A stretch of 64,000 nucleotides of DNA, taken from the NCBI GenBank assembly GCA_963734535.1, contig CAVTHS010000008.1, forward strand, positions 96,001 to 160,000. The letters run 5' to 3'. The stretch is from an uncultured Chloroflexia bacterium. Its GTDB lineage: Bacteria; Chloroflexota; Limnocylindria; Limnocylindrales; CSP1-4. This document shows positions 1 to 9,144 of the stretch, in pieces (position 1 is the stretch's first letter; each line of letters starts with the position of its first letter). The notes below the pieces were generated by a model, which did not search any database, was not told where the DNA came from, and saw only the letters and a program-made list of their open reading frames with translations. Position numbers and translations under genes: made by a program.

Positions 1-235
1 GACGCCGGTGAGCGTCACCGAGCTGTCCCGCCCGGTTCCCGCGTCGCAGCACGGGCGCTGGCCTGCCGGGCGGTACGTCCTGGTTCTCGCGTCCCCGGAC
101 GCGGGCGCGGACCGCTGGATCGTCGTCGATATCGACGGGGCAACGTAGCGCGAGGAAGTGGGGGCGCCAGCAGCGAGCTTCGTTGCCGGGATTCGCCGTG
201 GGCAGCCCCGATGGCGGCCGGCACGTCGCCCATCC

Positions 236-1807
236 TCACCCGGCCAGCCGGGAGTCCGAGAGGCAGCGCCGGATCGCGTCCAGCGAGCGGTCGACGTCGT
301 CCGCCCGGGTCCACCAGTTGCTGACCGAGATCCGCATGACCGCCCTGCCGTGCCAGGTCCCGCCTCCGAACCACGCGGTGCCGTCGGCCTGGAGGCGCGC
401 GACGACATCGCGCGTTCGATCGTCCGAATCGTCGAAGCGGATCAGCGCCTGGTTGAGCACGACCTCGTTGAGAACCTCGGTGCCGGGATCGGCGGCCAAC
501 CCTTCCGCGAAGCGACGAGCCAGCTCGCAGCAGCGCTCGACGAGCTCCACGACCCCCGATCGTCCGAGCGAGCGCAGCGCCGCGTAGACCGGGAACCCGC
601 GCGCGCGCCGCGACAGCTCCGGGACGAAGTCGCCGGGGTCGCGCTCGGCGCCGGTGTTGAACGGCAGGTACGACGCGTTCATCCCCATCGCCGCGCGGTG
701 CGCTTCCGGGTCGCGCACGAACACGAGCCCGCAGTCGTACGGGACGTTGAGCCACTTGTGCGCATCGGTGGACCAGGAGTCCGCCCCCTCGTACCCGGCG
801 ATCCGGTGGCGAAGCGACGGCACGGCGGCCGCCCAGAGCCCGAACGCCCCGTCGATGTGGATCCACGCGTCGGGCCGGAGCTCGCGCACGACGGCGATCG
901 CGGCGGCGAGCGGGTCGAACGAGCCGCTGTTCACGTTCCCGGCCTGCAGGCACACGATCGTCGGACCGCTCGACCGGCCCAGGATCGTTCGCAGCGCGTC
1001 GAGGCGGATCCGTCCCTCCTGGTCGGCGGCGACGCGGAGCGGCGCCTTCTCGCCGAAGCCCAGCAGCCGGAGCCCGAGGAACACGGTGACGTGGGCATCC
1101 TCGCCGATCACGACCGAGACGCGGGGGCCGCCGTGCAGGCCGTCTGCCTCGACGTCCCAGCCGACCCGCCGCAGGACGGCGTCGCGCGCCGCCGCGAGCC
1201 CGGTGAAGTTCGCCATCGTGGCGCCAGTGGTGAAGCCAACCGAGGTGCCGCCGGGCAGGCCGAGCAGCTCGACGAGCCAGTGGGCGGCGATCGTCTCGAC
1301 GGCCGCGGCCGCGGGCGACGAGACCGCCGACGGCGAGTTCTGGTCCCACGCGCTCGTCAGCCAGTCGGCGGCCAGTGCGGCGGGGAGACTGCCGCCGATC
1401 ACGAACCCGAAGAAGCGCGGACCCGGCATCGCCATCAGCCCGGGCGGGACGTCACGCGCGAGGGTCTCGATGATCGCGCCGGCCGGCTCGCCGTGCGCCG
1501 GCATCAGACCCCCGAGCGCCTCCTGGATCGCCGCGGCGGCGACACGCGGCGCAACCGGACGACCCGCCAGGCCGGCGCGATGCTCGATCGCGAGCTCGGC
1601 GGTCCGGCGGAGCAGGTCGGCCGTCCCCTCGTCCGGATCGACCGGCCGGGCGGGAGCGTCGTCGGCCTGCCGGGCGCCCACGTCGCCGGGCGTGTCGTCG
1701 GCGAGCCGGGCGGCCGGCGCGTCGTCGGCCAGCCGGGAACGCGCGTCGTCGGCGGGCGTGTCGTCGGCGCGCCGGGCGGCCGGCGCGTCGTCGGGGGTGT
1801 CGTCCAT
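236..1807 (-). CDS. Pyridoxal-phosphate-dependent decarboxylase (group II, aromatic-L-amino-acid decarboxylase-like)
   Basis: Motifs HIDGAFG and STDAHKWLNVPYDCG (PLP lysine); ATG at 1807 preceded by GAGGTGG RBS; acidic low-complexity N-terminus. Confidence 0.9.
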   Translation of the reverse strand: MDDTPDDAPAARRADDTPADDARSRLADDAPAARLADDTPGDVGARQADDAPARPVDPDEGTADLLRRTAELAIEHRAGLAGRPVAPRVAAAAIQEALGGLMPAHGEPAGAIIETLARDVPPGLMAMPGPRFFGFVIGGSLPAALAADWLTSAWDQNSPSAVSSPAAAAVETIAAHWLVELLGLPGGTSVGFTTGATMANFTGLAAARDAVLRRVGWDVEADGLHGGPRVSVVIGEDAHVTVFLGLRLLGFGEKAPLRVAADQEGRIRLDALRTILGRSSGPTIVCLQAGNVNSGSFDPLAAAIAVVRELRPDAWIHIDGAFGLWAAAVPSLRHRIAGYEGADSWSTDAHKWLNVPYDCGLVFVRDPEAHRAAMGMNASYLPFNTGAERDPGDFVPELSRRARGFPVYAALRSLGRSGVVELVERCCELARRFAEGLAADPGTEVLNEVVLNQALIRFDDSDDRTRDVVARLQADGTAWFGGGTWHGRAVMRISVSNWWTRADDVDRSLDAIRRCLSDSRLAG

Positions 1808-1934
1808 ATCCACCTCGCGTGCAGCCCCGTGCTGGACGGGTGTGTCGCCAATCATCGCGGCGCGGGGCGCCGGGGTCCAGCCCCTGTACGTCGGCGCCGG
1901 GGGCACGGACCGACCAGGGGCGCACAGCGCGCGG

Positions 1935-2075
1935 CATGCGGCGAGGCGGCGCGCGGCGTGGGCGAGGCGGCGTGGGCGAGGCGGCGCCGCCGCGTGCGCG
2001 TGCGGCGAGGCGGCGTGCGGCGTGCGGCGGCGTGGGCGTGCGGCGTGAGGCGGCGTGGGCGTGCGGCGTGCGCGT
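1935..2075. repeat. Low-complexity GCGGCGTG/GGCGAGGCGGCG tandem tract
   Basis: Many degenerate copies read directly in the intergenic region. Confidence 0.6.
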
Positions 2076-2236
2076 CGGGCCAACACCTTGTGTCAGCAAG
2101 CAGCCGGGCAAATCCGGGGACTGGAATTGTCACCGATTACGGCTGCGCCGACGATCCCGGGCGCGCGTCCGGAGCGTGGAACGGCCGCATGCGGCGGGTG
2201 GCAACAGCCCGCGGCCCGGACGGAGCCGACCTCGCA

Positions 2237-2358
2237 GCAGCCCGGCTGATATGTGGCATGAAGGGCCGGGGGCAACCCGAGCAGCCCGGCATATCTGGCA
2301 CGAAGCGGCCGCGGGAGCAACCCGTAGCAGCCCGGCCGATTTCTGTCACGGAGTAGCC
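2237..2358. repeat. Degenerate ~45-bp tandem repeat, 3 copies
   Basis: Copies start at 2237, 2281 and 2327 with GCAGCCCGGC followed by an AT-richer core (ATATGTGGCATGAAG / ATATCTGGCACGAAG / GATTTCTGTCACGGAG). Confidence 0.7.
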
Positions 2359-2493
2359 CCTGGGGCCGGACATCCGCGGATGGATGGCCGTGACCGGACC
2401 ATTGACGCCTGTTCGGACGATCGCGTGGCGCAGACAGTGGGAACGTCCCGGGATCCCACCGGGGGTCCCCGTCACGAGGTCGCCGCGTCGCCC

Positions 2494-5379
2494 ATGATCC
2501 GCGCCCGCCACCTGCCCATCCGCCGGACAGTGCCGCTGCCGGACGGGGCACGGCCGCCGGAAGCCGCGCGACACGTGCCGGACGGGGCACGGCCGCTGCC
2601 GGACGGGGCGCATCCCGAGCCGTATCGGCGCCTGGACGGCCGCAGCGTCGACGGCCGCAGCCTGGGCCTCGACCGGTTCCTGGTCGCCCTCGCGGCCCTT
2701 GGCTGGATCATCACCGTCGCATGGCTGGTGGCCGGCCTTGGAGACGATGCCGCGCGGCGAGTCGTCTCGGATGTCGGCGAGACCACGCTGGACCTGCTGG
2801 CGGCCGCGCTGGTCATCCGGGCCGGCCAGCGAATCGGCGTCCGACGGATCCGCCGCGGCTGGATCGTCGTCGGGGTCGCGATGCTCGTCTACGCCGTCGG
2901 TGACGGCACGTGGGCCTGGCTCGACATCACCGGCGGGAGCACGACCTCCCCGTCCCTGGCCGACGCGGCGTACGTCCTGTACTACCCGATCATCGTGGCC
3001 GCCCTCTTCATGTTCCAGCGTTCCTCGTCGGCCAAGCGCGATACGCTGCGCCTGACGATCGACTCGCTGATCGTGGTCATCGGCGGCGGCATCGTCGTCT
3101 GGCACACGCTCTTCCGGCCTGTCCTCACGTCACTGGACCCGGATCCCGTGAGCGCGGCACTCGCGCTGGGCTACCCGATCGGCGATCTCGTGCTCCTGTT
3201 CGGCGTCGCCGCGACCGCGCTGCGCCACCCGCCCGAGATCGATGTGCGGGCCCTGGTGGCGCTGGTCGGCGGTCTCGGGCTCATGTTCGTCGCCGACGTC
3301 GGCTACGGGCAGCTCAACCTCGTCGGGTCGTTCGGCTACGAGCGCTGGCCGGACATCATCTACCTGAGCTCGACGCTGATGATCGCCCTGGCCGGGTACT
3401 TCCAGGCGCATCCGTCCGCGTCGGATGACGGCCGCGGGACCACGCTCAGTCGCTGGCTCCTTGCGCTGCCGTACGTCGCGCTGGCGGCCGGCTACTGGGT
3501 CCTGATCAGCCTTGCCCTGGGCCAGGTGACAGGCGAGCTCATGGAGGTCCTCTACGGAGCCGTCGTGTTGACCGGGGTGGTCCTGGTCCGCCAGGAGCTC
3601 GTGCTCCGCGACAACAGCCGTTTGCTCGCCGAGCACGCCCGCCTCGTCTCGGAGGATCGCTTCCGGGCCCTCTCCGCCAACGCGTCGGATGCGGTCGTGC
3701 TCGTCGACCGCGCGGGTCTCGTGACCGACGCCACGCCGCAGGTCGGGCGCGTCCTCGGCATCGACGTCGCCCAGCTGGTCGGCCGACCGATCTCCCGGTT
3801 CGTGCATGCCGATGACGCCGGTCGCGTGGAGCAATTCATCGCGGACGTTGCCGCCGGACGCTCCGTCCCCGGGCCGCTCGAGTGGCGCCTGTGGGACCGG
3901 ACGGGCGTCTGGCGCCAGATGGAGACCGTCGCAGCGAACCTCCTCGACGATCCCTCGGTCGGCCAGATCGTGCTGACGACGCGCGACGTCCGGGAACGCA
4001 AGACGCTCGAGCGGCAGCTCACCCAGGTGGCACTTCACGATCTCCTCACCGATCTCCCGAACCGCACGCTGTTCCGCGACCGCCTGGGCCAGGCGCTCGC
4101 GAGCGCCTCCGAGGCCGATCGAAGCACCACCGTCCTCTCGATCGGGCTTGATGGCTTCAAGCGGGTGAACGACAGCCTGGGGCATCCCGTGGGAGACCAG
4201 GTCCTCCAGGAGGTCGCCCGGCGGCTTCGGGCGTCGGTCGGCGCCGCCGACACGTGCGGACGCCTGGGCGGCGATGAGTTCGGGGTCCTTCTCGACGGCG
4301 ACGCGCCGGCCGGGGCCGGGATGGCCGCAGCAGAGCGCACCCTGGCCGCGATCCGGGAGCCGATCGACATCCCCGGGCTGCCCACCCACGTGACCGCGAG
4401 CCTGGGCCTCTCCACCGCCGCCCCGGGTGACGCCGACGCGCGCACGCTCCTGCGAAGGGCGGATATGGCCCGGTCCGTCGCACGGAACGAGGGCGGCGAC
4501 CGGGCCGTCGTCTTCGAGCCGGCCATGCGCGAAGCCGTGCAGGCCCGGTTCGAGCTGGAGCTCGAGCTGCGTCGCGCCATCGACCAGGCCGAGTTCGTGC
4601 TCAACTACCAGCCGATCGTGGATCTGCAGACCGGAGATCTCGTCGGCGCGGAAGCCCTCATCCGGTGGGAACATCCGACGCTCGGGCGGATCGCCCCCAG
4701 CGTGTTCATCCCGCTCGCCGAGGAGTCGGGGCTGATCGACGAGATCGGTACGTGGGTGCTGCGCACCGCGTGCGTCGAGGTCGCGCGGTGGGCCCAGCTG
4801 TCCTCGGGGCGGGTGCCCCGCGTGTCGATCAACCTGTCGGCGCACCAGCTCGCCGACCCGCAGCTCGCATGGACGGTCCAGGCGGCCCTGGCCCACGCCA
4901 GCGCGACGCCCAGCTGGGTCACCCTCGAGCTCACCGAGAGCATGCTCATGGTGAACAGCTCCGCTTCCCTCGAACGGCTGCACGCCATCCGCGCCCTCGG
5001 CGTCCAGATCGCGATCGACGACTTCGGGACCGGGTACTCGTCCCTCGCCTACCTGGAGCAGTTCCCGATCACCCAGATCAAGATCGACCGCTCGTTCGTG
5101 ACGCCGCTCGACGATCCGCAACGGGGCGACGGCGTCGTCCACGCGATCATCGAGATCGGGGGTGCGCTCGGACTCACGACCGTCGCCGAGGGGATCGAGA
5201 CGCGGACCGAGCTGCGCCGCCTGCGCGACCTGGGCTGCCCGCTCGGCCAGGGCTACCTCTTCTCGAGACCACTGGAGCGCGACGCCATGGCGGAGCTCGT
5301 CGCGCGCACGGGCGGGCCGGCGTTCGCGAGCGTGGCCGCGCTCGGCAGAGCGCCGGCTATGGTGGCGGTTCGGGCATAG
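2494..5379 (+). CDS. Multi-pass membrane PAS-GGDEF-EAL protein (c-di-GMP metabolism)
   Basis: Hydrophobic N-terminal region, PAS (FVHADD), RLGGDEF, GAEALIRW, IDDFGTGYSSL, AEGIE, QGYLFSRP; start uncertain (ATG 2494 chosen). Confidence 0.92.
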   Translation: MIRARHLPIRRTVPLPDGARPPEAARHVPDGARPLPDGAHPEPYRRLDGRSVDGRSLGLDRFLVALAALGWIITVAWLVAGLGDDAARRVVSDVGETTLDLLAAALVIRAGQRIGVRRIRRGWIVVGVAMLVYAVGDGTWAWLDITGGSTTSPSLADAAYVLYYPIIVAALFMFQRSSSAKRDTLRLTIDSLIVVIGGGIVVWHTLFRPVLTSLDPDPVSAALALGYPIGDLVLLFGVAATALRHPPEIDVRALVALVGGLGLMFVADVGYGQLNLVGSFGYERWPDIIYLSSTLMIALAGYFQAHPSASDDGRGTTLSRWLLALPYVALAAGYWVLISLALGQVTGELMEVLYGAVVLTGVVLVRQELVLRDNSRLLAEHARLVSEDRFRALSANASDAVVLVDRAGLVTDATPQVGRVLGIDVAQLVGRPISRFVHADDAGRVEQFIADVAAGRSVPGPLEWRLWDRTGVWRQMETVAANLLDDPSVGQIVLTTRDVRERKTLERQLTQVALHDLLTDLPNRTLFRDRLGQALASASEADRSTTVLSIGLDGFKRVNDSLGHPVGDQVLQEVARRLRASVGAADTCGRLGGDEFGVLLDGDAPAGAGMAAAERTLAAIREPIDIPGLPTHVTASLGLSTAAPGDADARTLLRRADMARSVARNEGGDRAVVFEPAMREAVQARFELELELRRAIDQAEFVLNYQPIVDLQTGDLVGAEALIRWEHPTLGRIAPSVFIPLAEESGLIDEIGTWVLRTACVEVARWAQLSSGRVPRVSINLSAHQLADPQLAWTVQAALAHASATPSWVTLELTESMLMVNSSASLERLHAIRALGVQIAIDDFGTGYSSLAYLEQFPITQIKIDRSFVTPLDDPQRGDGVVHAIIEIGGALGLTTVAEGIETRTELRRLRDLGCPLGQGYLFSRPLERDAMAELVARTGGPAFASVAALGRAPAMVAVRA

Positions 5380-5405
5380 GGGCGATTCGGCCGGCCGGCG
5401 CTCCG

Positions 5406-5801
5406 TCAGCCGGGGGTCGTCGCCCGTTCGTGGTCGGCTTCGTCCGCGTCCGCGTCCGCCTTCGTCCGGTGGATGGTGCCCGGGGCATGCTCGGGCGGGG
5501 CGTAGACCGTGTACAGGCGCATGTCGCCGGAGCCGGTGTTGACGAAGTTGTGTCGGGTTCCGGCCGGGACGTGGACGAGGCGACCGGGCCCGACGATGCT
5601 CCGTTCGCCGTCGAGGATCGCGGCCCCCTCTCCCGCCACGAACACCAGGACCTGGTCGACGTCCGGATGAACCTCATCGCCGATGTCGCCGCCGGGAGGG
5701 ATGCTCATGACCACGACCTGGCTGTGCCGGGCGGTGGAGAGAACCTCCCGGAAGAGCGAGTTCTTCAACGCCCGCGCGACGATGTCCTCGTTGAATGGCA
5801 C
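5406..5801 (-). CDS. Cupin domain protein
   Basis: Cupin motifs GDEVHPDVDQ and VPAGTRHNFVN. Confidence 0.88.
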   Translation of the reverse strand: MPFNEDIVARALKNSLFREVLSTARHSQVVVMSIPPGGDIGDEVHPDVDQVLVFVAGEGAAILDGERSIVGPGRLVHVPAGTRHNFVNTGSGDMRLYTVYAPPEHAPGTIHRTKADADADEADHERATTPG

Positions 5802-5860
5802 GTCAGGCCCCTCTCGTCCCGTTCACGGCCGGTCGGTCCGGCAACGGCCGGTGGTTCATC

Positions 5861-5953
5861 CGGCCGAACAGCGCCGTTGCGCCCGACCGGCGCCGAGGCG
5901 GCCGAACAGCGCCGCTGCGCCCGATCGGCGCCGAGGCGGCCGATCAGCGCCGC
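5861..5953. repeat. 38-bp tandem repeat, about 2.4 copies
   Basis: CGGCCGAACAGCGCCGYTGCGCCCGAYCGGCGCCGAGG at 5861 and 5899, partial third copy at 5937 containing the stop of the upstream minus-strand gene. Confidence 0.75.
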
Positions 5954-6351
5954 GGCGGCCGCCGGTCATCGATGAAGCGGCCGGTAGGGGCCACGGTCGT
6001 GTCCTGCGGGAACAGTCCAAACCGGATCGCGTGGCTCGCCCAGTCGGGGTCGGCCGGATCCCAGGTCTGCGTCGACGCGCCCGAAGCGTCGACCTGGGAG
6101 ATCGAGCCATCCGCCCGCAGGACCAGCTTGCCGCCATCGGCCAGGTCGATCTCGCGATGCTTGAACCTGCGGCCGTGCGCCGCCGGGCTCGGCGAGGGGT
6201 GCGCCGCGTCCGGCGCCGCAGCGCACGTCGGCATTCGCCGGCATCCGGCGCCACAGCGGCCATTCGGCGCCGCAACGCCGGTCGGCATGCCGCAGCGCGC
6301 GTTCGGCGCGGGACGCGGCGAGGGCCTGGTCGGCTTCGGGTCGGTGCTCAT
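5944..6351 (-). CDS. Hypothetical protein with Cys-rich N-terminus
   Basis: AGGAG RBS before ATG; globular-looking C-terminal half (REIDLADGGKLVLRADGSI...WDPADPDW). Confidence 0.65.
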   Translation of the reverse strand: MSTDPKPTRPSPRPAPNARCGMPTGVAAPNGRCGAGCRRMPTCAAAPDAAHPSPSPAAHGRRFKHREIDLADGGKLVLRADGSISQVDASGASTQTWDPADPDWASHAIRFGLFPQDTTVAPTGRFIDDRRPPRR

Positions 6352-6421
6352 GGGGTCGTCTCCTGCATGCCTCCAGCATGCGCCCGCACGGCCCGGAGCG
6401 CACGCCGCGACACGCGGGCGA

Positions 6422-7213
6422 TCAGGGGGTCGGCTCCCGGCCCGGCTCCCCCGAAGACTCCTCGAGCTCCTCGTATTCGACCACCGTCCGGAAACCCATC
6501 CGCTCGTAGAGCGGCCGGCCGAGGGCGCTCGCCTGGAGGATGACGACCTCCACGCCGGGAGCAGCGTCCGCGATAGCGCCCCATGTCATGGCGGTCCCGT
6601 AGCCGCGCCCGCGGGCTGCCTCGATGGTCGCGACGTTGTAGATGCCCAGGATCTCGTCCGTGCGGACTGCCAGGCTCGCTGCCACCGGGAAGCCGTTCTC
6701 GGTCCCGATGTACGCGCGAACGTCCGGGTTCGCGAGCAGCGACGGCGGGAGCAGCCGTTCGACCATATCCGGCGGCATGCCGAAGCCCGCCGCGGCAACC
6801 GCCCGGTGGTCGGCCAGCCGCGCCTCGTCGGTGGCACGTCGGATGGAGAGAGCCCCAGGCGGTTCCGGCGCTCGTCCCGGCGACATGGCCATGCCGGGCA
6901 GCGTCCCGGTCCACGCGAGGCCGAGGCCCTCCGCGGCCGTCCGCGTCGTGGGGCCGAGATCGGTCCGCAGGTGGACCGTGAACGGGACGCCGAGCTCGCG
7001 GAACAGGGCGACTGCCGATTCGAGGTCCCGTGCGCCGGCGGGCAGCGGCTCGGTCACGAACGCGGCGTTGAAGAAGGCCAGCGGAAGCATCGTGGCCGCG
7101 ACCGGGACGCTGCCGATCGTGCGGACGAGCGCGCCGTCGACGCCTCCGGTCAGCGCCATGAATGTCGCGATGAAGCTCCGGTCCACCGCCGCCGCCTCGT
7201 GTCTCCGGTCCAT
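6422..7213 (-). CDS. GNAT family N-acetyltransferase
   Basis: Acetyl-CoA motif VATIEAARGRGYG and LYERMGF. Confidence 0.88.
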   Translation of the reverse strand: MDRRHEAAAVDRSFIATFMALTGGVDGALVRTIGSVPVAATMLPLAFFNAAFVTEPLPAGARDLESAVALFRELGVPFTVHLRTDLGPTTRTAAEGLGLAWTGTLPGMAMSPGRAPEPPGALSIRRATDEARLADHRAVAAAGFGMPPDMVERLLPPSLLANPDVRAYIGTENGFPVAASLAVRTDEILGIYNVATIEAARGRGYGTAMTWGAIADAAPGVEVVILQASALGRPLYERMGFRTVVEYEELEESSGEPGREPTP

Positions 7214-7282
7214 CTTCCTTCCCCATCGGTCGCCGGCGTTTCGGGGAGTCTCGCCAGCGGCTGGTCGGACGTCAACGGCATG

Positions 7283-7777
7283 TCACGGGGCGGCACGGCC
7301 CAGCGCCTGCGCTCCGGCACTGAGCAGAAGCACGATCGCGCCAAGCACGACCATCGCCGCTGCGCTGCGTGCGAGCCGGCCGACCGCGGCCGCCCTGGCC
7401 GCCTCGTCGACCGGCCCGGCGATGGCGGGCATGACCAGCAGGTCGAGATAGATGCCAACGCCGACGAGCGCCACGACGACCACGTGCTTGATGACGATCA
7501 GGGTGGACCAGGTGCTGTCGAAGAAGTGGCCGAACCCGGAGAATTGCTCGTCGCTGAGCATCAGGTAGAGGCCGGTGACAAGGAAGACGGCAACGGCGGC
7601 GATGAGCAGCGGCAGGGCACGCCGCTCGATGGCCGGGATGACCCGGCCGATGGCAGGCCCGTTCACGACGCTCCGCAGGACCGGGACCACGACCAGGGCA
7701 AGGATCGCGTAGTAGCCCAGGAGCACGACGGTCGCGAGCGAATGCAGCCAGACGGCCGCGGCCTGGACGACGTCCAC
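7283..7777 (-). CDS. CopD-like four-helix membrane protein
   Basis: Four hydrophobic segments, WLH near the N-terminus, TGLYLM and LIVIKH; GGAGGG RBS before GTG 7777. Confidence 0.7.
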   Translation of the reverse strand: MDVVQAAAVWLHSLATVVLLGYYAILALVVVPVLRSVVNGPAIGRVIPAIERRALPLLIAAVAVFLVTGLYLMLSDEQFSGFGHFFDSTWSTLIVIKHVVVVALVGVGIYLDLLVMPAIAGPVDEAARAAAVGRLARSAAAMVVLGAIVLLLSAGAQALGRAAP

Positions 7778-7990
7778 CAGTAGCCCTCCACCGATCCGAG
7801 CGGGTGCCCGCCAGCGTGGCGCGCCGCCGAGCTCGCTGCGAAGGTGGGCCGTGCAACGGACCTGCCACCAGTGCGGAATTGCCCGAACACGCGGGGCGTC
7901 CGACCCGGCCACGGTCCGGCGAGCTGTTGACCCGGCGTCACGACGCGGGTTGGGTCGCGGCCGCGCTCCGGTCGAGACCCGGACGCGGCG

Positions 7991-8416
7991 TCAGTAGGAC
8001 GCGTACGGAGAGGGGCTGGGCACCGGCGCCGGGCTCGCGGCGGGCTTCTGCGTCGGGAGCGTGCTTGGCTTCGCGGTCGCCCTCGCGGCGGGTGGGGTCG
8101 GCGAGCTGGTGCCGGTCTTCGCGGCCGGGCTCGGGGTCGCGTCCGCACGGCCCGCACCGGTGCCGTAGCCGTAGCCGTAGCGGCCCGCGGCGGGACTGGG
8201 CGCCGCAGCCGGGCTCGACGACGCTGCCGGTGCCGCTGCGGGAAGCGCCGCGGAGGGGGCAGCTGCGAACGAGGCCGCGGGCGCGAGGGATGGCGACACG
8301 ACGGATGGCGCGGCCGGGCCACCGGCGGCGCTCGTGCAGGCCGCCGCGGCGAGCGCGACGACGAACACGAGTGCCGCAAATCGGCCGGGGTCAGGAGAGA
8401 GCGGCGATCGGGACAT
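7991..8416 (-). CDS. Putative Ala/Pro/Ser-rich lipoprotein
   Basis: Signal peptide with lipobox-like LAAAAC, then low-complexity tail with YGYGYG. Confidence 0.55.
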   Translation of the reverse strand: MSRSPLSPDPGRFAALVFVVALAAAACTSAAGGPAAPSVVSPSLAPAASFAAAPSAALPAAAPAASSSPAAAPSPAAGRYGYGYGTGAGRADATPSPAAKTGTSSPTPPAARATAKPSTLPTQKPAASPAPVPSPSPYASY

Positions 8417-8661
8417 CGGACCTGGCTCCGTGGATGGCCGGGCGGTGGCGGCTCCTCGCGGACTCGCGTCGCTGCGCCCGTGCCACCTGCTACGCCGGCC
8501 GGCGACGGGCGGTTTCACGACCCGTCACAAGGGGCCGAGCAACCGTTCGGGCGCCGGGTTCTGCGCCTTCACCGCTCCCGGCCCTGTACCTTCCCGACGC
8601 CCGGCGCTCGGCGTTCCCGGGTTCCGGCGCTGAGCGACACCGACGCCGGGCTCCCGCCGGA

Positions 8662-8792
8662 CTGGCCGTTCTCGCCAGATCGTGTATACTCCGACTGTTG
8701 CCGCAATGTAGTGGCAACTCTCGCGTGGTCGACCGTTCCTTCTCGAACAGACCGTGCGTCTGTGTTTGGTTCGGGAAGAGAAAAGGGTCACC
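8662..8792 (+). promoter_or_regulatory. Putative promoter and long structured 5' UTR of the cold-shock gene
   Basis: -10 TATACT at 8685-8690; hairpin GTTGCC...GGCAAC near 8697-8718; ~95-nt leader as is usual for csp genes. Confidence 0.55.
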
Positions 8793-8996
8793 ATGACCAC
8801 AGGAACCGTCAAGAAGGTCGTCTCCGACCGCGGCTTTGGCTTCATCACCGCTGAAGACGGCAAGGAGTACTTCTTCCACCGCAACGAGCTCACCCCCCCG
8901 CTCGACTTCGACCGGCTTGCCGGCGGCGAGCGCGTCGAGTTCGAAGTGCAGGCGAGCCCGAAGGGGCCGCGCGCCGCTCAGGTGCGCGCCGCCTGA
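8793..8996 (+). CDS. cspA: Cold-shock protein (CspA family)
   Basis: MTTGTVKK, RNP1 RGFGFI, RNP2 YFFH, C-terminal KGPRA; 67 aa. Confidence 0.95.
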   Translation: MTTGTVKKVVSDRGFGFITAEDGKEYFFHRNELTPPLDFDRLAGGERVEFEVQASPKGPRAAQVRAA

Positions 8997-9032
8997 CCCC
9001 GCTGAGACGTCGCTCGCGCGACGACTTCGCAC

Positions 9033-9063
9033 GAAGGCCCCGGTTCGCCGGGGCCTTTCGATT
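9033..9063 (+). terminator. Intrinsic terminator-like hairpin after the cold-shock gene
   Basis: AGGCCCCGG-TTCG-CCGGGGCCT stem followed by TTCGATT; may act bidirectionally. Confidence 0.75.
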
Positions 9064-9144
9064 CCCCCCGGACCACGACCGGCCGCGCCTTCCTCCCTTC
9101 CGCGGGCCCGCTCCGGCGCCGACGGTACCCGGCTGCGCTGCCGC

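Noticed and set aside
1-235. Possible feature at the window start
   Set aside because: No recognisable coding or RNA signal; context is truncated
2104-2180. c-di-GMP-I riboswitch upstream of the GGDEF-EAL gene (GGGCAAA present)
   Set aside because: The GNRA-capped P2 and the downstream GCAAAG/receptor elements are missing
5861-5953. 38-bp repeats here and at 31946-32020 as mini-CRISPRs
   Set aside because: Copies are directly adjacent with no unique spacers
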